Notes: generated from the letters alone by a model not told the origin. A DNA stretch of 53,480 nt from an uncultured candidatus Brocadiaceae bacterium (GCA_964448935.1 CAYVBE010000005.1:1-53480); one strand, 5' to 3'; positions 1 to 9,668 are shown, numbered from the stretch's first letter. Numbers and translations are program-made.

Positions 1-851
1 TCTCCCGCCTCGGCCGACCGGTCCGTAGTGCGCAGGGACAGCACCAGCCGCTCCCCGCTCACGCCCGTGCATAGCACCCACCGAATGCCCTCAACGGCCA
101 CCAGCAGGTCGGCCATCTCCGCCACCGTCTCGATCACCGAAACCTGACCGATGTGGCAGACCAGCGTGTCCTGCACCACGTGGGCGGCCTGAACGGCCTC
201 CACCAGATCGCCAAAGAACATGGGACTCCGAACGGGATGCCTGAGGCGCCCCAGCATGCGCTGGTCGGATAGGGGAAACGCTTCCAGAAAGGCCGCGATG
301 TCGGCTTCCATGGCCTCCCTGCCCAGGTCCTGCGTCTCCGAGCTGATTCCGTAGCAAATGGCCGTGGCCAGCCGCGCCCCGCTCTCCACCCCGGCGGCCA
401 TCAGATACTCGGTCAGAATGCTCGTCACGGCGCCATAGTGCTCGCGGATGTCCACCAGGGGGGCATCCAGGTCCTGCAGGGGCGGATGATGGTCTATCAC
501 CGCCACCAGCTCGGCCCCGCGGTCCCAGGTGTTGTTGCCGAACCCCGGCTGGGTGTCCACCATAACCACGGCGTCGGCGGGCTGGAACGAGAAGCCGTTC
601 AGCTCAGTCAGGGGCATCTCCAGGGCGTCCACCATCAGGCGGTTGCTGGCGCGCCCGATGAACCCGCTGTGCAGGATGCGCGGCTCACCGAGGTCGAGGC
701 TTTCGGCCATGCGGTAGACGCAGAAGGCGCCCGCTATGGCATCGGGGTCGGGATGGTCGTGGATCAGGATCAAGGTCCGCGACCGCCCTTCCAGCAGATC
801 CCGCAGCCTCTCCGCCTGCCCTCGGCTGGTCGGCAGTTGGGGACTGGACAC
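1..851 (-). CDS. DHH-family phosphoesterase (NrnA-like), 3' end runs off the window
   Basis: Not in the ORF track. Manual translation from GTG at 851 (GGAGG upstream): MSSPQLP...LILIHDHPDPDAIA...VMVDTQPG...AVIDHHP...DIREHYGAVTSILTEYL...LSLRT. Contains the DxD, D and DHH motifs and the start of a DHHA1-like region. Confidence 0.9.
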   Translation of the reverse strand, partial: MSSPQLPTSRGQAERLRDLLEGRSRTLILIHDHPDPDAIAGAFCVYRMAESLDLGEPRILHSGFIGRASNRLMVDALEMPLTELNGFSFQPADAVVMVDTQPGFGNNTWDRGAELVAVIDHHPPLQDLDAPLVDIREHYGAVTSILTEYLMAAGVESGARLATAICYGISSETQDLGREAMEADIAAFLEAFPLSDQRMLGRLRHPVRSPMFFGDLVEAVQAAHVVQDTLVCHIGQVSVIETVAEMADLLVAVEGIRWVLCTGVSGERLVLSLRTTDRSAEAG

Positions 852-866
852 GCGCGCCTCCGGAAA

Positions 867-1778
867 TCAGCCCTGTTCGTGGCAGCGGCCCTCGTCGGCA
901 GGCCTCAGAGCCGTGGGCTCGAAAGCCGCCACGTATTTGTGCACCATGTGGTGAGGGTTGTAGCTTTCCTTCGCCCGGCGCAGCCCGGGGATGCCCAGGT
1001 CCTGCTCTCGGTTGACGAACTCCACCTCCGGCAGTGCCTCCCGGCAGAACCACTGGTTGATGACCTGATAGAGCCCGTCGAACTCCGTCATGGCCTTCTC
1101 GAAGTGGACGACAGCCGTATCCGGCCGCAGCAATTCTCCCACGGAATACGCCTCGATGCGCCCCTCGATACGCACCGCGGCCCCGATCAGATCCAGCGCT
1201 TCGTAGTGCTCCAGCGTCCGCCGTATGGCCCTGTACTCGGCGCACAGCCCCCTGTCCTCGCCGCAGTCCTTCTCGTCGCACCACCGGTCCTGCATCTCTG
1301 CGACCTCGTCCAGGTTGTCCGCCATAACTTCTTCGTATTCGCAGTCGTAGCGCGACAGGCAGCGGTTGACCAGGTTTTTCTCGCGGTGATAATCCCGGCC
1401 CGCCAGCTCCGCCAGGTCTTCGCGCCGGTAGACGTAGTCGGAGTTGTCGCGATCCAGTTCCACCTCCAGGCCGCGTTCCTCCAGTTCCCGGGCCGCCTCC
1501 TCCGGCAGCCTGTCAAAGACCTCTATACCATCTTCCGCCAATCGGTCCACCATCTCGGCGGCGGCCCCTCCGCGCGGCGGCCCGAGAAGGCTCCGGTCGC
1601 CGTCCGGCTCCTGCACCACGCACAGGGCATCATCCAGAACGGCCCAGGCGATCGGCCGGTGCTCCGCCCACACGAAAAGGTTAGCGAAGGTATGCTCGGA
1701 AATGTTCGGCGGAAAACGCGTGAAGAAATCCCGGACCTGCTCGCGGTCTTCGAGCGTCAGTTGCTTCCATTCGACCAT
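867..1778 (-). CDS. DUF2156 / aminoacyl-phosphatidylglycerol synthase C-terminal-like GNAT protein (stand-alone)
   Basis: From ATG 1778: SEHTFANLFVW, DRDNSDYVY..DLAELAGR.YH.EKN.VNR, VHFEKA, FVNREQDLGIPGLRRAKESYNP. Confidence 0.88.
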   Translation of the reverse strand: MVEWKQLTLEDREQVRDFFTRFPPNISEHTFANLFVWAEHRPIAWAVLDDALCVVQEPDGDRSLLGPPRGGAAAEMVDRLAEDGIEVFDRLPEEAARELEERGLEVELDRDNSDYVYRREDLAELAGRDYHREKNLVNRCLSRYDCEYEEVMADNLDEVAEMQDRWCDEKDCGEDRGLCAEYRAIRRTLEHYEALDLIGAAVRIEGRIEAYSVGELLRPDTAVVHFEKAMTEFDGLYQVINQWFCREALPEVEFVNREQDLGIPGLRRAKESYNPHHMVHKYVAAFEPTALRPADEGRCHEQG

Positions 1779-1794
1779 GGCTCGGCCCCCGGGT

Positions 1795-3822
1795 TCAGGC
1801 CAGCAGTGATTCGAGTTGTCCGCGCAGTTCAGCCGGTTCGCGCACGGGCTCCCGGCACGCACCGCCGGAGCAGAGGTATGCGACGGAGCCGTCTTCAGCG
1901 CGTCCTTTGCCCGCGAAAAGCGGTATCTCCTCCGTCGCCCCCTCGGCCTGCTCCGGCCGGCAGCCGGCCCGCAACACGTGCGGCATGTAGAACGTATCCG
2001 CCACCGCGCGGAGCGACCCCGGCTGGGGCTCCACGATAACCAATTCCCGGGGCTCGGACAAGTAACGCAGCACGGCGGACAGCATGGTCCCGGTGGCCAG
2101 CGGGCTCCGCTCCAGCAGCGAGGCCGACGTCGCCATGGCCCTCTCGGCAATCTCGATCTGGACGGGAGCTTCAAAAAGCCGTCCCGTACGCAGCAGCAGC
2201 CCGCAGGCGGCCGAAGGCCCGGAGGGCGCGGGCTGGTCCGTCATGTTGCTGACCGGCGCAATCAGGTCCGGCGAACCGGACTCCGCATCCCGGAATACAC
2301 CTTCGTCCTCATCCCAAAACATGTCCACCATCCGCTCCGCCAGATCGCCCGCCCGGCGAAGCCATCGCAGCTCGAAGGTGCATTCGTGGAGGTCTATCAG
2401 CCCGTGGGCCACGTGGGCATAGTCGGCCAGGTAGCCCCGGTCGCCGGTCCGTCCGTCCCGCCAGTTGTGGACCAGCTTCCCGTCCCGCCACATCTCCTCC
2501 AGCAGGAACTCGGCCGCGCCACAGGCGGCGTCCAGGAAATCCGCCTCACCCGTCGCCCGGTGCAGGCGCGCCAGCGCGCGGATCATCAGCCCGTTCCAGT
2601 CGGCCAGCACCTTGTCGTCAACGGCGGGCGCCACGCGTTCATTCCTGACCTCCAGCAGCTTTTCCTTTGCCTTCGCCGGCACCCGGCGCGCCTCCTCCGG
2701 CGATTCGGCGCGGTAGAGCACGTTCCTGCCGTCCTCCCAGTTCCCCTGCTCGGTCACCCCCAACCGCCGTGCGACCAGGGCTCCGTCCTCGGGGCCCAGG
2801 CATTCGATGATCTCCTTCCGCGTCCACGCGTAGTATACGCCCTCCTCCCCTTCGCTGTCCGCGTCCTGGGCGGAGTAGAAACCGCCCTCCGGAGCCTGGA
2901 AAGTCTCCAGCACATAGCCGGCGGTCTCGGTGGCAACGGACAGGTAGTCCGGCCGGTCCAGCGTCCGCGATGCGTCGGCGTAGAGCGCACAGAGCTGCGC
3001 GTTGTCGTAGAGCATCTTCTCGAAGTGCGGCACGCGCCAGTCCCGGTCCACGGCATACCGGTGGAACCCGCCGCCGATCTGGTCGAACATGCCCCCGCGC
3101 ATCATGGCGTCCAGCGTGCCGACCAGCATGGAACGCGCCTCCTCCGCGCCCTTGACCGTCGAGTAATCCAGCAGCCAGCGCAACACGGGCGCCTGCGGGA
3201 ACTTGGGCCCGCGCCCGAAGCCCCCCGCCTGCCGGTCGTAGCTCTGCGAGACCACGTCCAGGGCATCGCTCAGGATGTCGTCGCCGATGGGCGTCTCGCT
3301 CGTCGGGGGCGTGGCGCTCTGCTCGATGGCCTGCCGCAGTTCGCCGGCCGTGGACGTCACGTCGTCCCGGCGGTTCTCGTAGGCGTCGGCCACGGAGCGC
3401 AGCACGCGGGGAAAGCCCGGCATGCCGCCCCGGTCCGACGGCGGGAAGTAGGTGCCGCCGTAAAACGGCTCCAGGTCCGGAGTAAGGAAAACGGTCAGCG
3501 GCCAGCCGCCGGAGCCGGTCAGCATCTGCACGGCGCGCATGTAGATGTCGTCCAGGTCGGGCCGCTCCTCCCGGTCCACCTTGATGCAGACGAAGTTCTC
3601 GTTCATCAGCCGGGCGATCTCCGGGTCCTCGAAGCATTCCCGCTCCATCACGTGGCACCAGTGACAGGCCGAGTAGCCGATGCTCAGCAGGATCGGCTTG
3701 TCCTCCTCCCGCGCCCGTTCGATGGCCTCCTCGCCCCACGGGTACCAGTCCACGGGGTTGTGGGCGTGCTGTCGCAGGTAAGGGCTGGAACAGTTGATCA
3801 GCCGGTTCGGTTCGTCGGTCAT
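1795..3822 (-). CDS. YyaL/SSP411 thioredoxin-domain protein (DUF255 plus six-hairpin glycosidase-like domain)
   Basis: [66 protein letters not shown]. Confidence 0.95.
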   Translation of the reverse strand: MTDEPNRLINCSSPYLRQHAHNPVDWYPWGEEAIERAREEDKPILLSIGYSACHWCHVMERECFEDPEIARLMNENFVCIKVDREERPDLDDIYMRAVQMLTGSGGWPLTVFLTPDLEPFYGGTYFPPSDRGGMPGFPRVLRSVADAYENRRDDVTSTAGELRQAIEQSATPPTSETPIGDDILSDALDVVSQSYDRQAGGFGRGPKFPQAPVLRWLLDYSTVKGAEEARSMLVGTLDAMMRGGMFDQIGGGFHRYAVDRDWRVPHFEKMLYDNAQLCALYADASRTLDRPDYLSVATETAGYVLETFQAPEGGFYSAQDADSEGEEGVYYAWTRKEIIECLGPEDGALVARRLGVTEQGNWEDGRNVLYRAESPEEARRVPAKAKEKLLEVRNERVAPAVDDKVLADWNGLMIRALARLHRATGEADFLDAACGAAEFLLEEMWRDGKLVHNWRDGRTGDRGYLADYAHVAHGLIDLHECTFELRWLRRAGDLAERMVDMFWDEDEGVFRDAESGSPDLIAPVSNMTDQPAPSGPSAACGLLLRTGRLFEAPVQIEIAERAMATSASLLERSPLATGTMLSAVLRYLSEPRELVIVEPQPGSLRAVADTFYMPHVLRAGCRPEQAEGATEEIPLFAGKGRAEDGSVAYLCSGGACREPVREPAELRGQLESLLA

Positions 3823-4508
3823 GTCTCTTCCTCCTCGCCCGGCCGGGCGCGCAGTATCTCGGCGGTCTCCCGGTCGGTCAGGTCGTACCACTCCTCATAG
3901 AACGAGGCCACTGCGAACGAGCCGAAGGACTGCGCCACCAGACAGTACAAATGATGCACTTTAGGCTCGATGAGTTGCACAGTGCGTGCAGGCGCATCCG
4001 GCACTGCCACGGAGACGCTCCGGGGCTGGTGGCGCCGCACCTGCTGCAGGGCGGCGCGCATGGTCACACCGGAGGCCAGTCCGTCATCCACCACAATCAC
4101 GTCCAGACCCTCCGGCTCAACCGGTCGGCGCACCCGGTCCAGCGCCGCCTTGCGCTCCCGCAGGCCCTCCAGCACCTTGTCGGCTATCTCGTCAATACGC
4201 GCATCCGAGAGGCCGGCACGCTGCACGATCTGGTCGGTCAGAACGATGTCCCTTTCCAGCGTGACCGCCCCGAAGCCCGCCTCCGGGTTGAAAGGCAATG
4301 GCAGCTTGCGCACCAGCACCACATCGAACGGCAGCCCGAAGTGTTCCGCCACGGGACGGCCGACGGCCAAGCCGCCGCTGGGAACGGCCAGAACGGCATC
4401 CGGCTCCGCGCCCTCCTCTTCCAGAAAGTCGGCAAGCTGTCGGCCCGCGTCCTCGCGGTCGCGGAACGCTCGATACGGCCGGTCCACTGTCTCGCGCACA
4501 TGTTGCAC
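3819..4508 (-). CDS. Type I phosphoribosyltransferase family protein
   Basis: [28 protein letters not shown] and PRPP-binding motif [13 protein letters not shown]. Stop overlaps the YyaL start. Confidence 0.9.
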   Translation of the reverse strand: MQHVRETVDRPYRAFRDREDAGRQLADFLEEEGAEPDAVLAVPSGGLAVGRPVAEHFGLPFDVVLVRKLPLPFNPEAGFGAVTLERDIVLTDQIVQRAGLSDARIDEIADKVLEGLRERKAALDRVRRPVEPEGLDVIVVDDGLASGVTMRAALQQVRRHQPRSVSVAVPDAPARTVQLIEPKVHHLYCLVAQSFGSFAVASFYEEWYDLTDRETAEILRARPGEEEET

Positions 4509-4553
4509 GGTAATTCCCCGTTGGCGTCGGCAGTCAGATGGGCTGGAACCCCG

Positions 4554-5579
4554 TCACCCCACGTCCAGAACGACCGGCACTTCTTCCCCGCAGTCCGGAC
4601 ACTTGCCGTCGGCCAGATGGATGCTCGGCCGGGCGAAGCCGGACCGCTTGATCAATATGCGCCCGCAGCCGGGGCACTTCGTGTTCTGCCCGGATGAAGT
4701 GAGCACGTTCCCCAGATACACGTAGTGGAGCCCGGCCTGCTCCCCGGCCTCGGCCGCCCGCTCCATGGTCTCCATCGGCGTGGCGGGAAGGTCGGACTCC
4801 TGATAGTCGGGATGGAAACGGGAGATGTGCCAGGCGATATCCGGGGATACGCCGGCCAGAAACTCCGCGATGCCCCGCAGCTCCTCGTCGGAGTCATTCT
4901 GGTCCGGCACCACAAGGGTGGTGACCTCGACGTGGATCCCCGCCTCGTGCATGTTACGGATGCTCTCCAGCACGGGCTCCAGGCTGCTCTTGCAGTAGTG
5001 GTGATAGAACTCCTCGCTGAACGCCTTCAGGTCAACGTTCGCGGCGTCTATCAGCCCCGCCATAGCTTCGACGGCCTCGGCCGTCTGGTAGCCGTTGGTC
5101 ACAAAGCAGTTGCCCAGGCCTTCTTCCCGGGCCGGCCCGGCACAGTCCAGAGCGTATTCCATGAAAATGGTCGGCTCGGTGTAAGTGTAGGCGATGCTGC
5201 GCGCGCCGCCGTCCAGGGCCGCCTGCACCACGTCCTCCGGCGGCACGTACTCGATCTGCTGGAACACAGGCGTTGAATCCACCTGACTGATCTGCCAGTT
5301 CTGGCAGAAGGAGCAGCGGAAGTTGCACCCCGGCGTGGCGATGGAATAGGACCGCGTGCCGGGCAGGAAGTGGTAGAGGGGCTTCTTCTCGATAGGGTCC
5401 ATCTGCCGGGCGATCAGGCGCCCGTAGCTGTGGGTATAGAGGGTTCCCCGGCGGTTCTCGCGCACCCGGCAGAAGCCCCGCTTACCGGGCGCGATGTGGC
5501 AACGGTGGCTGCACAGGTGGCAGTCTACCGTATCCTCTTCATCCGCAGTGTAGAAGCGAGCTTCCTGCAGATCAGCCAT
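4554..5579 (-). CDS. amrS: AmmeMemoRadiSam system radical SAM enzyme
   Basis: N-terminal CxxCxxxC...GFCRVR, DPIEKKPLYHFLPG, GCNFRCSFCQNWQISQ, AYTYTEP, HISRFHP, YVYLGNV, C-terminal CPxCG pairs. ATG at 5579. Confidence 0.93.
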   Translation of the reverse strand: MADLQEARFYTADEEDTVDCHLCSHRCHIAPGKRGFCRVRENRRGTLYTHSYGRLIARQMDPIEKKPLYHFLPGTRSYSIATPGCNFRCSFCQNWQISQVDSTPVFQQIEYVPPEDVVQAALDGGARSIAYTYTEPTIFMEYALDCAGPAREEGLGNCFVTNGYQTAEAVEAMAGLIDAANVDLKAFSEEFYHHYCKSSLEPVLESIRNMHEAGIHVEVTTLVVPDQNDSDEELRGIAEFLAGVSPDIAWHISRFHPDYQESDLPATPMETMERAAEAGEQAGLHYVYLGNVLTSSGQNTKCPGCGRILIKRSGFARPSIHLADGKCPDCGEEVPVVLDVG

Positions 5580-6099
5580 CCTCACCCGCCGCCTTCCGTG
5601 CGGCCTCCAGGGCAGCATCGTAGTCCGGATGGTCGGTGACCTCCGGCACGATCTGCTGGTAGACCAGCCGTCCCTCTTTGTCCACCACGAATACGGCCCG
5701 CGCCAGAAGCTGCATGTCCTTGATCAGCACACCGTATGCCGGGCCGAACTCGCCGGGAACATGGTCGGACAGCACGTGTATGCGCTCGAGATCCTCGGCC
5801 CCGCAGAACCTGTCCAGCGCAAACGGCAGGTCCCGGCTGATGCTCAGGATGGCCACCTCGTCCGGCAGTTTGTCCGCCTCCTGATTGAACCGCGTGGTCT
5901 GCACAGAGCACACGCTGGTGTCCACGCTGACCATAGCGCTGATAAGCACGGGCCTTCCCGAGAAGTCGCTCAGGCTGACGGTGTTCCACTCCCGGTCCAC
6001 GGCGCCGAACTCCGGCGCTCTGTCCCCCACCTTCAGTTCGGGCCCGATCAGCGTGATCGGATCGCCCTTCATCGTAACCGCATCGTTGCGCTCTTCCAT
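5572..6099 (-). CDS. tpx: Thiol peroxidase (Tpx, atypical 2-Cys peroxiredoxin)
   Basis: VT.KG.P..L.G..LKVGD.AP, SVDTSVC..QT.RFN, S.DLPFAL.RFCGAE, LLARAVFV, HPDYDAAL. Confidence 0.95.
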   Translation of the reverse strand: MEERNDAVTMKGDPITLIGPELKVGDRAPEFGAVDREWNTVSLSDFSGRPVLISAMVSVDTSVCSVQTTRFNQEADKLPDEVAILSISRDLPFALDRFCGAEDLERIHVLSDHVPGEFGPAYGVLIKDMQLLARAVFVVDKEGRLVYQQIVPEVTDHPDYDAALEAARKAAGEDG

Positions 6100-6138
6100 C
6101 TCTTCGCCCCCATTCTTGTTGTTCTACCTGTGTCGGGT

Positions 6139-7215
6139 TCAGTACCCGAAGTCCGCTTCGACCCCGGCTTCGGGCTTCGCGTCCGGGTCTATCAGTCCCC
6201 GGGCCTCGTCGGAGATCGTCTTGAACTTGTGCCACCAGGGCTGGCTGACCTTCTGCGCCAGGCCCTTGATCTGTTTCATGCGCGGCAGCGCGATACGCGC
6301 AAACGACTCCCCCAGGCTATCCAGGTCGCGCGTCTCCGGCAGCGTGAACGCCTCCTTGAAGTAGGCGCGCCCGCACATAGGACCGGCCACCAGGTCGCTC
6401 ACCAGCGCGTACTGCGCCGAATACTGCTCAAAGTCCACCGCCGCGCTCAGCAGCAGCATCGGCCTGTCCACTTCCGAGAACATGGCCGTGGCGGCGCTGC
6501 GTATCTCGTCCGGCGAGCTGACGCGTTCCACGGTGCCGTCCTTCTCCTGCATCCACAGCACCGGCACCTGGGTCTTGTAGAAATGGCCGTAGGGGCCGAA
6601 GTCCTCGGCCATCCGCACCACGCCCTCGGGCAGGCGGCGGGCCATCTCCGTCTTCGACTCGTCCGGACGCTGCGCGATCAGGGTCTCGTTGAACAGCGGC
6701 TTGCCCAGCGCGCAGCAGCGCTCGAAGACATCCTGCAGCCACTCGCGGTTCTTCTCCCAGCTCTCCTCGTGGTCGGGGTCAAGCTTAACCAGCGTCTTGA
6801 AGGCGTCCACCCGGTCCGCCACTTCCTCGGGCTCGATGGCGAGCTGCGCCAGGTGACCACGGCCGCCGTCCACCTCGACCGTATTGGTGTCCTCCAGCCG
6901 CCCGATCAGCATGGTCCCCTCGCCCAGCAGGTCCCGGAAGCCGGGACTCATGTAGGCCAGGTGGTTGAACAGCGCGGCGGACGGCGTGCCGGCCAGTGCC
7001 CGGGCGAACAGCCGGCAGACGTCGCGCACGTCGTCGTCGGTGGCTTCCCGGTCCTTCCCGATGTGATCGAGGAAGGAGTTGATCAGCCGGAGATAGGAAC
7101 TGTGCTGGTCCGAGGCAAACACGTCCAGCGTGCCGTCCGGCGCGAAGCGCGCCAGCACGCGGAAGATATCCTCGGAGACTGCCGTGCCGTCGGTGTACTC
7201 GGCCCACTGCGCCAT
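6139..7215 (-). CDS. LacD/YihT-like class I aldolase (tagatose-bisphosphate or sulfofructosephosphate aldolase family)
   Basis: ASDQH, FKTLV..DPD, PLFNE, YKTQVP (candidate Schiff-base Lys), LLLSAAV, CGRAYFKE follow the LacD motif order. Confidence 0.75.
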   Translation of the reverse strand: MAQWAEYTDGTAVSEDIFRVLARFAPDGTLDVFASDQHSSYLRLINSFLDHIGKDREATDDDVRDVCRLFARALAGTPSAALFNHLAYMSPGFRDLLGEGTMLIGRLEDTNTVEVDGGRGHLAQLAIEPEEVADRVDAFKTLVKLDPDHEESWEKNREWLQDVFERCCALGKPLFNETLIAQRPDESKTEMARRLPEGVVRMAEDFGPYGHFYKTQVPVLWMQEKDGTVERVSSPDEIRSAATAMFSEVDRPMLLLSAAVDFEQYSAQYALVSDLVAGPMCGRAYFKEAFTLPETRDLDSLGESFARIALPRMKQIKGLAQKVSQPWWHKFKTISDEARGLIDPDAKPEAGVEADFGY

Positions 7216-7272
7216 TGGTGCCCTCCCGGCGAGCGCGCACGCTACCCTCAGCGGCGCCCGCCTGCGCCTTGA

Positions 7273-7719
7273 TCAGCGAATCTCGATTCTCCTGGCCCCC
7301 TCCCGCTCCATCGCGGGCAGGGTGATGATAAGCACTCCGTCCCGGTACTCGGCGGAAGCCCCGTCCGCGTCCACGTCGAAGGGCAGGTGTATCACGCGGT
7401 GGAAATCGCCCACGGGCCTCTCGCGGTATGTCGCGTCGGCAGACTCGGCGAGGTCGGACTCCGGCCGTGAACCGCGGATCACCAGATGCTGCTCCTCTAT
7501 GGTGAGCTGCACGTCCTGCCCTTCCATGCCGGGCAGCTCCGCCTCGACGACCACCGCGTCCGCCGTCCGGTAGATGTCCACGGCGGGATGCCAGACGCCT
7601 TCACCCGTGCGGGCCATGAACGGATGGCCCAACATGCGGCGCCACATTCTTCCAAAGCGTTCCTCGGCGTCCGGGCGGTCGTGCTCGGCGCCGGAAGCAT
7701 TTACGTCGAATTCAGCCAT
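7273..7719 (-). CDS. Hsp20/alpha-crystallin small heat-shock protein
   Basis: WHPAVDIY.T...VVEAELPG, L.I.G.R, YRERP.G.F.R.I.LP..VD...A.Y.DGVL.ITLP. ATG at 7719 with AAAGGGGG SD. Confidence 0.93.
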   Translation of the reverse strand: MAEFDVNASGAEHDRPDAEERFGRMWRRMLGHPFMARTGEGVWHPAVDIYRTADAVVVEAELPGMEGQDVQLTIEEQHLVIRGSRPESDLAESADATYRERPVGDFHRVIHLPFDVDADGASAEYRDGVLIITLPAMEREGARRIEIR

Positions 7720-7792
7720 AGTAGCCCCCTTTGGCTGTTGGAGCGGGCCGCGCCCGGCGCTGCCGGACGCGGCCGCCCGTGAAAACGGCAGG

Positions 7793-7978
7793 TCACTCTT
7801 CAATCAGGATTGCCTCAGTCGGACATTCTTCGGCGGCCTGCACCACCGCGTCCTCGCACTCTTCGGGCACTTCGTCCACGATAACCTCCGCGAACTCGTC
7901 GCCCATCTCGAAGACCTCGGGGCAAGTATCCACACACAGTCCGCAGGCAATGCAGTCTTCCGTCACTTCGGCTTTCAT
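7793..7978 (-). CDS. Monocluster ferredoxin
   Basis: CIACGLCVDTCPEVFEM...AAEECPTEAI; very acidic; AGGAG SD before ATG 7978. Confidence 0.92.
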   Translation of the reverse strand: MKAEVTEDCIACGLCVDTCPEVFEMGDEFAEVIVDEVPEECEDAVVQAAEECPTEAILIEE

Positions 7979-8105
7979 TGCTGCTCCTGTCAAGCAACGG
8001 TTTGCCGTGCAGGCGTTCCCGCTGAACGCCCGTCCTTTTCGCTTACATCCCTACCGGTTCAGGCGCCGATTGTCAAGCAAACTTCGGCCTGAAACGCGTT
8101 GTCCG

Positions 8106-8501
8106 TCACCCGCTAACCGTCAGGTCCCTGGTCCCTTCCCACGTGCCGTGGATATTGCAGAACTCGAAGGCCCGCAGCTCGCCGTGAATGTGGTCGAGCT
8201 GCACGCAGAACTTCGCGACCGGACAGGTGCTGACCGGGGCAAAGTCCTGCCGGCCAAGGAACGTGTGGTCGGCGTAGAGTTCGACGAAGCCGATGAAGTG
8301 GTCGTAATCATTCGGGTGCGCCAGGTGCTTGCCTACCTCGACGGTCACCTCGAAGCACTCGCCCTTCTCCACGGTGTCCGGAGCGCTGATGACCGGCACG
8401 TGCTTCTTCTCCAGGTCCGTCATGTCCTCCGGGTTCGCCACCACGTTCACCCCACAGTGCAGGTCCTCGCTGCACCCTTCCGCCGCTTTACGTGCAGACA
8501 T
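8106..8501 (-). CDS. Superoxide reductase, neelaredoxin-type (1Fe-SOR)
   Basis: EKKHVP, HPN...HFI, FCNIHG iron-ligand motifs; no N-terminal desulforedoxin domain. Confidence 0.92.
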   Translation of the reverse strand: MSARKAAEGCSEDLHCGVNVVANPEDMTDLEKKHVPVISAPDTVEKGECFEVTVEVGKHLAHPNDYDHFIGFVELYADHTFLGRQDFAPVSTCPVAKFCVQLDHIHGELRAFEFCNIHGTWEGTRDLTVSG

Positions 8502-8594
8502 CGCACAACCCCCCTTCAGGAAAAGAATCCGAATGTTACCCCGGCCGCGACGGGCGATTCAATGAGTTCCCCCCGCCCGGCGACCTTAAAGCCG

Positions 8595-8623
8595 ATTATA
8601 GGCAATCACCTGAGGACATGCAA
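8595..8623 (-). promoter_or_regulatory. sigma70-type promoter for the SOR gene
   Basis: Minus strand TTGCAT-N17-TATAAT. Confidence 0.7.
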
Positions 8624-8652
8624 ACCTATCTTTCTTGCGCCGCTTCCCTCCC

Positions 8653-9564
8653 TCAACGGGCTTCGAGGAAGTCCACAATCCCCCCAACGGCCGCCTCCGC
8701 GTCGTAGTCCAGCAGCACGTGGTGGTCCGAGCGCGAGAAGACGGCCTTCCGCTTCTGCTGCGACGGCATCCTCTCCAGCACCCGCTTCATCGCGGCCGGG
8801 GAGCAGACTTCGTCCCCCGTCGAATGGACCAGCAACACAGGCATCTTCAGCGGTGACAGGTCGCTCCGCAGCGCCTTCCGCCCCAGTGCGAAAAGGGCCC
8901 GGCTGGCCGAGGTGGGAAAGGCCGTGTACCGAACCACCTTATCCCGGTTCTCCTTCCGGTTCACGTGCACGAACCCGCCGCCCCGCGGCACGTACCACAG
9001 CACCGACCCCAGCACCGCCTGCCACCAGTGCGCCGGCAGCACGTAGAACCACTTGTGGCGCACGCGATAGTAGGGGGAAATGAGAACCAGGCGGTCGGGC
9101 GGCCGTTCGGCGGCCAGGATGGTGGCGATGGTGCCGCCCATGCTGAACCCCACGAGGGCTACGGTTTCATAGCGGCTCCGTATCGCCTCGTACCGCTCGC
9201 GGGCGTGTTGAAGAAGCTCCCCGGCCCCCACACCTTTCAGAGCGGCGGGCCGGGTGCCATGGCCGGCGTGGAGCGGCGCGTGGACGTCCCACCCCGCCTC
9301 GTCCAGTGCCTTCGGCAGACTTCCCAGAGCGGCGGGCGTCCCCAGCCAGCCGTGCAGCAGCAGGCAGGCCCTGCTCCGCCCGCGGTCAATGCGCGCCGGC
9401 TCGCCGCCCTGCATGAAGCCCGTCTCCGGGTCGCGCGGATGGGACGTGCCGTCCCTGTGCACGGCCGCGCAGCCCGCCACGTTGACCGCCACAAGCAGCA
9501 CAGCCACCGCCGCCAATCCCAGGCCGATCCATCGGCCTGTTCTGAGTAGCTTTCCTCTGTCCAT
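8653..9564 (-). CDS. Membrane-anchored alpha/beta hydrolase (carboxylesterase/lipase-like)
   Basis: N-terminal hydrophobic anchor, LLHGW oxyanion segment, GFSMGG nucleophile elbow, GDEV Asp, SDHH His. Confidence 0.88.
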   Translation of the reverse strand: MDRGKLLRTGRWIGLGLAAVAVLLVAVNVAGCAAVHRDGTSHPRDPETGFMQGGEPARIDRGRSRACLLLHGWLGTPAALGSLPKALDEAGWDVHAPLHAGHGTRPAALKGVGAGELLQHARERYEAIRSRYETVALVGFSMGGTIATILAAERPPDRLVLISPYYRVRHKWFYVLPAHWWQAVLGSVLWYVPRGGGFVHVNRKENRDKVVRYTAFPTSASRALFALGRKALRSDLSPLKMPVLLVHSTGDEVCSPAAMKRVLERMPSQQKRKAVFSRSDHHVLLDYDAEAAVGGIVDFLEAR

Positions 9565-9574
9565 AACACCCCGC

Positions 9575-9603
9575 AATATAGCGCCCCGTGCCGGGACGCG
9601 CAA
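9575..9603 (-). promoter_or_regulatory. sigma70-type promoter for the hydrolase
   Basis: Minus strand TTGCGC-N17-TATATT, ending 10 nt before ATG 9564. Confidence 0.55.
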
Positions 9604-9639
9604 GAATAGCGCGCGCGAGTTTTGCGCGCGCAATCGCTC

Positions 9640-9668
9640 TTGCACAGTGCGCCCCGCAGGGATATCAT
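9640..9668 (+). promoter_or_regulatory. sigma70-type promoter for the MoxR operon
   Basis: TTGCAC-N17-TATCAT. Confidence 0.62.

Noticed and set aside
7979-8050. GCACGGCAAACC in the ferredoxin leader resembling a c-di-GMP-I riboswitch start
   Set aside because: The remaining P2/P3 elements are absent and there is no room before the start codon.
9609-9631. (GC)4-N7-(GC)4 inverted repeat between divergent promoters (cruciform or Z-DNA idea)
   Set aside because: Short, single-copy and low-complexity in GC-rich DNA; no support for function.
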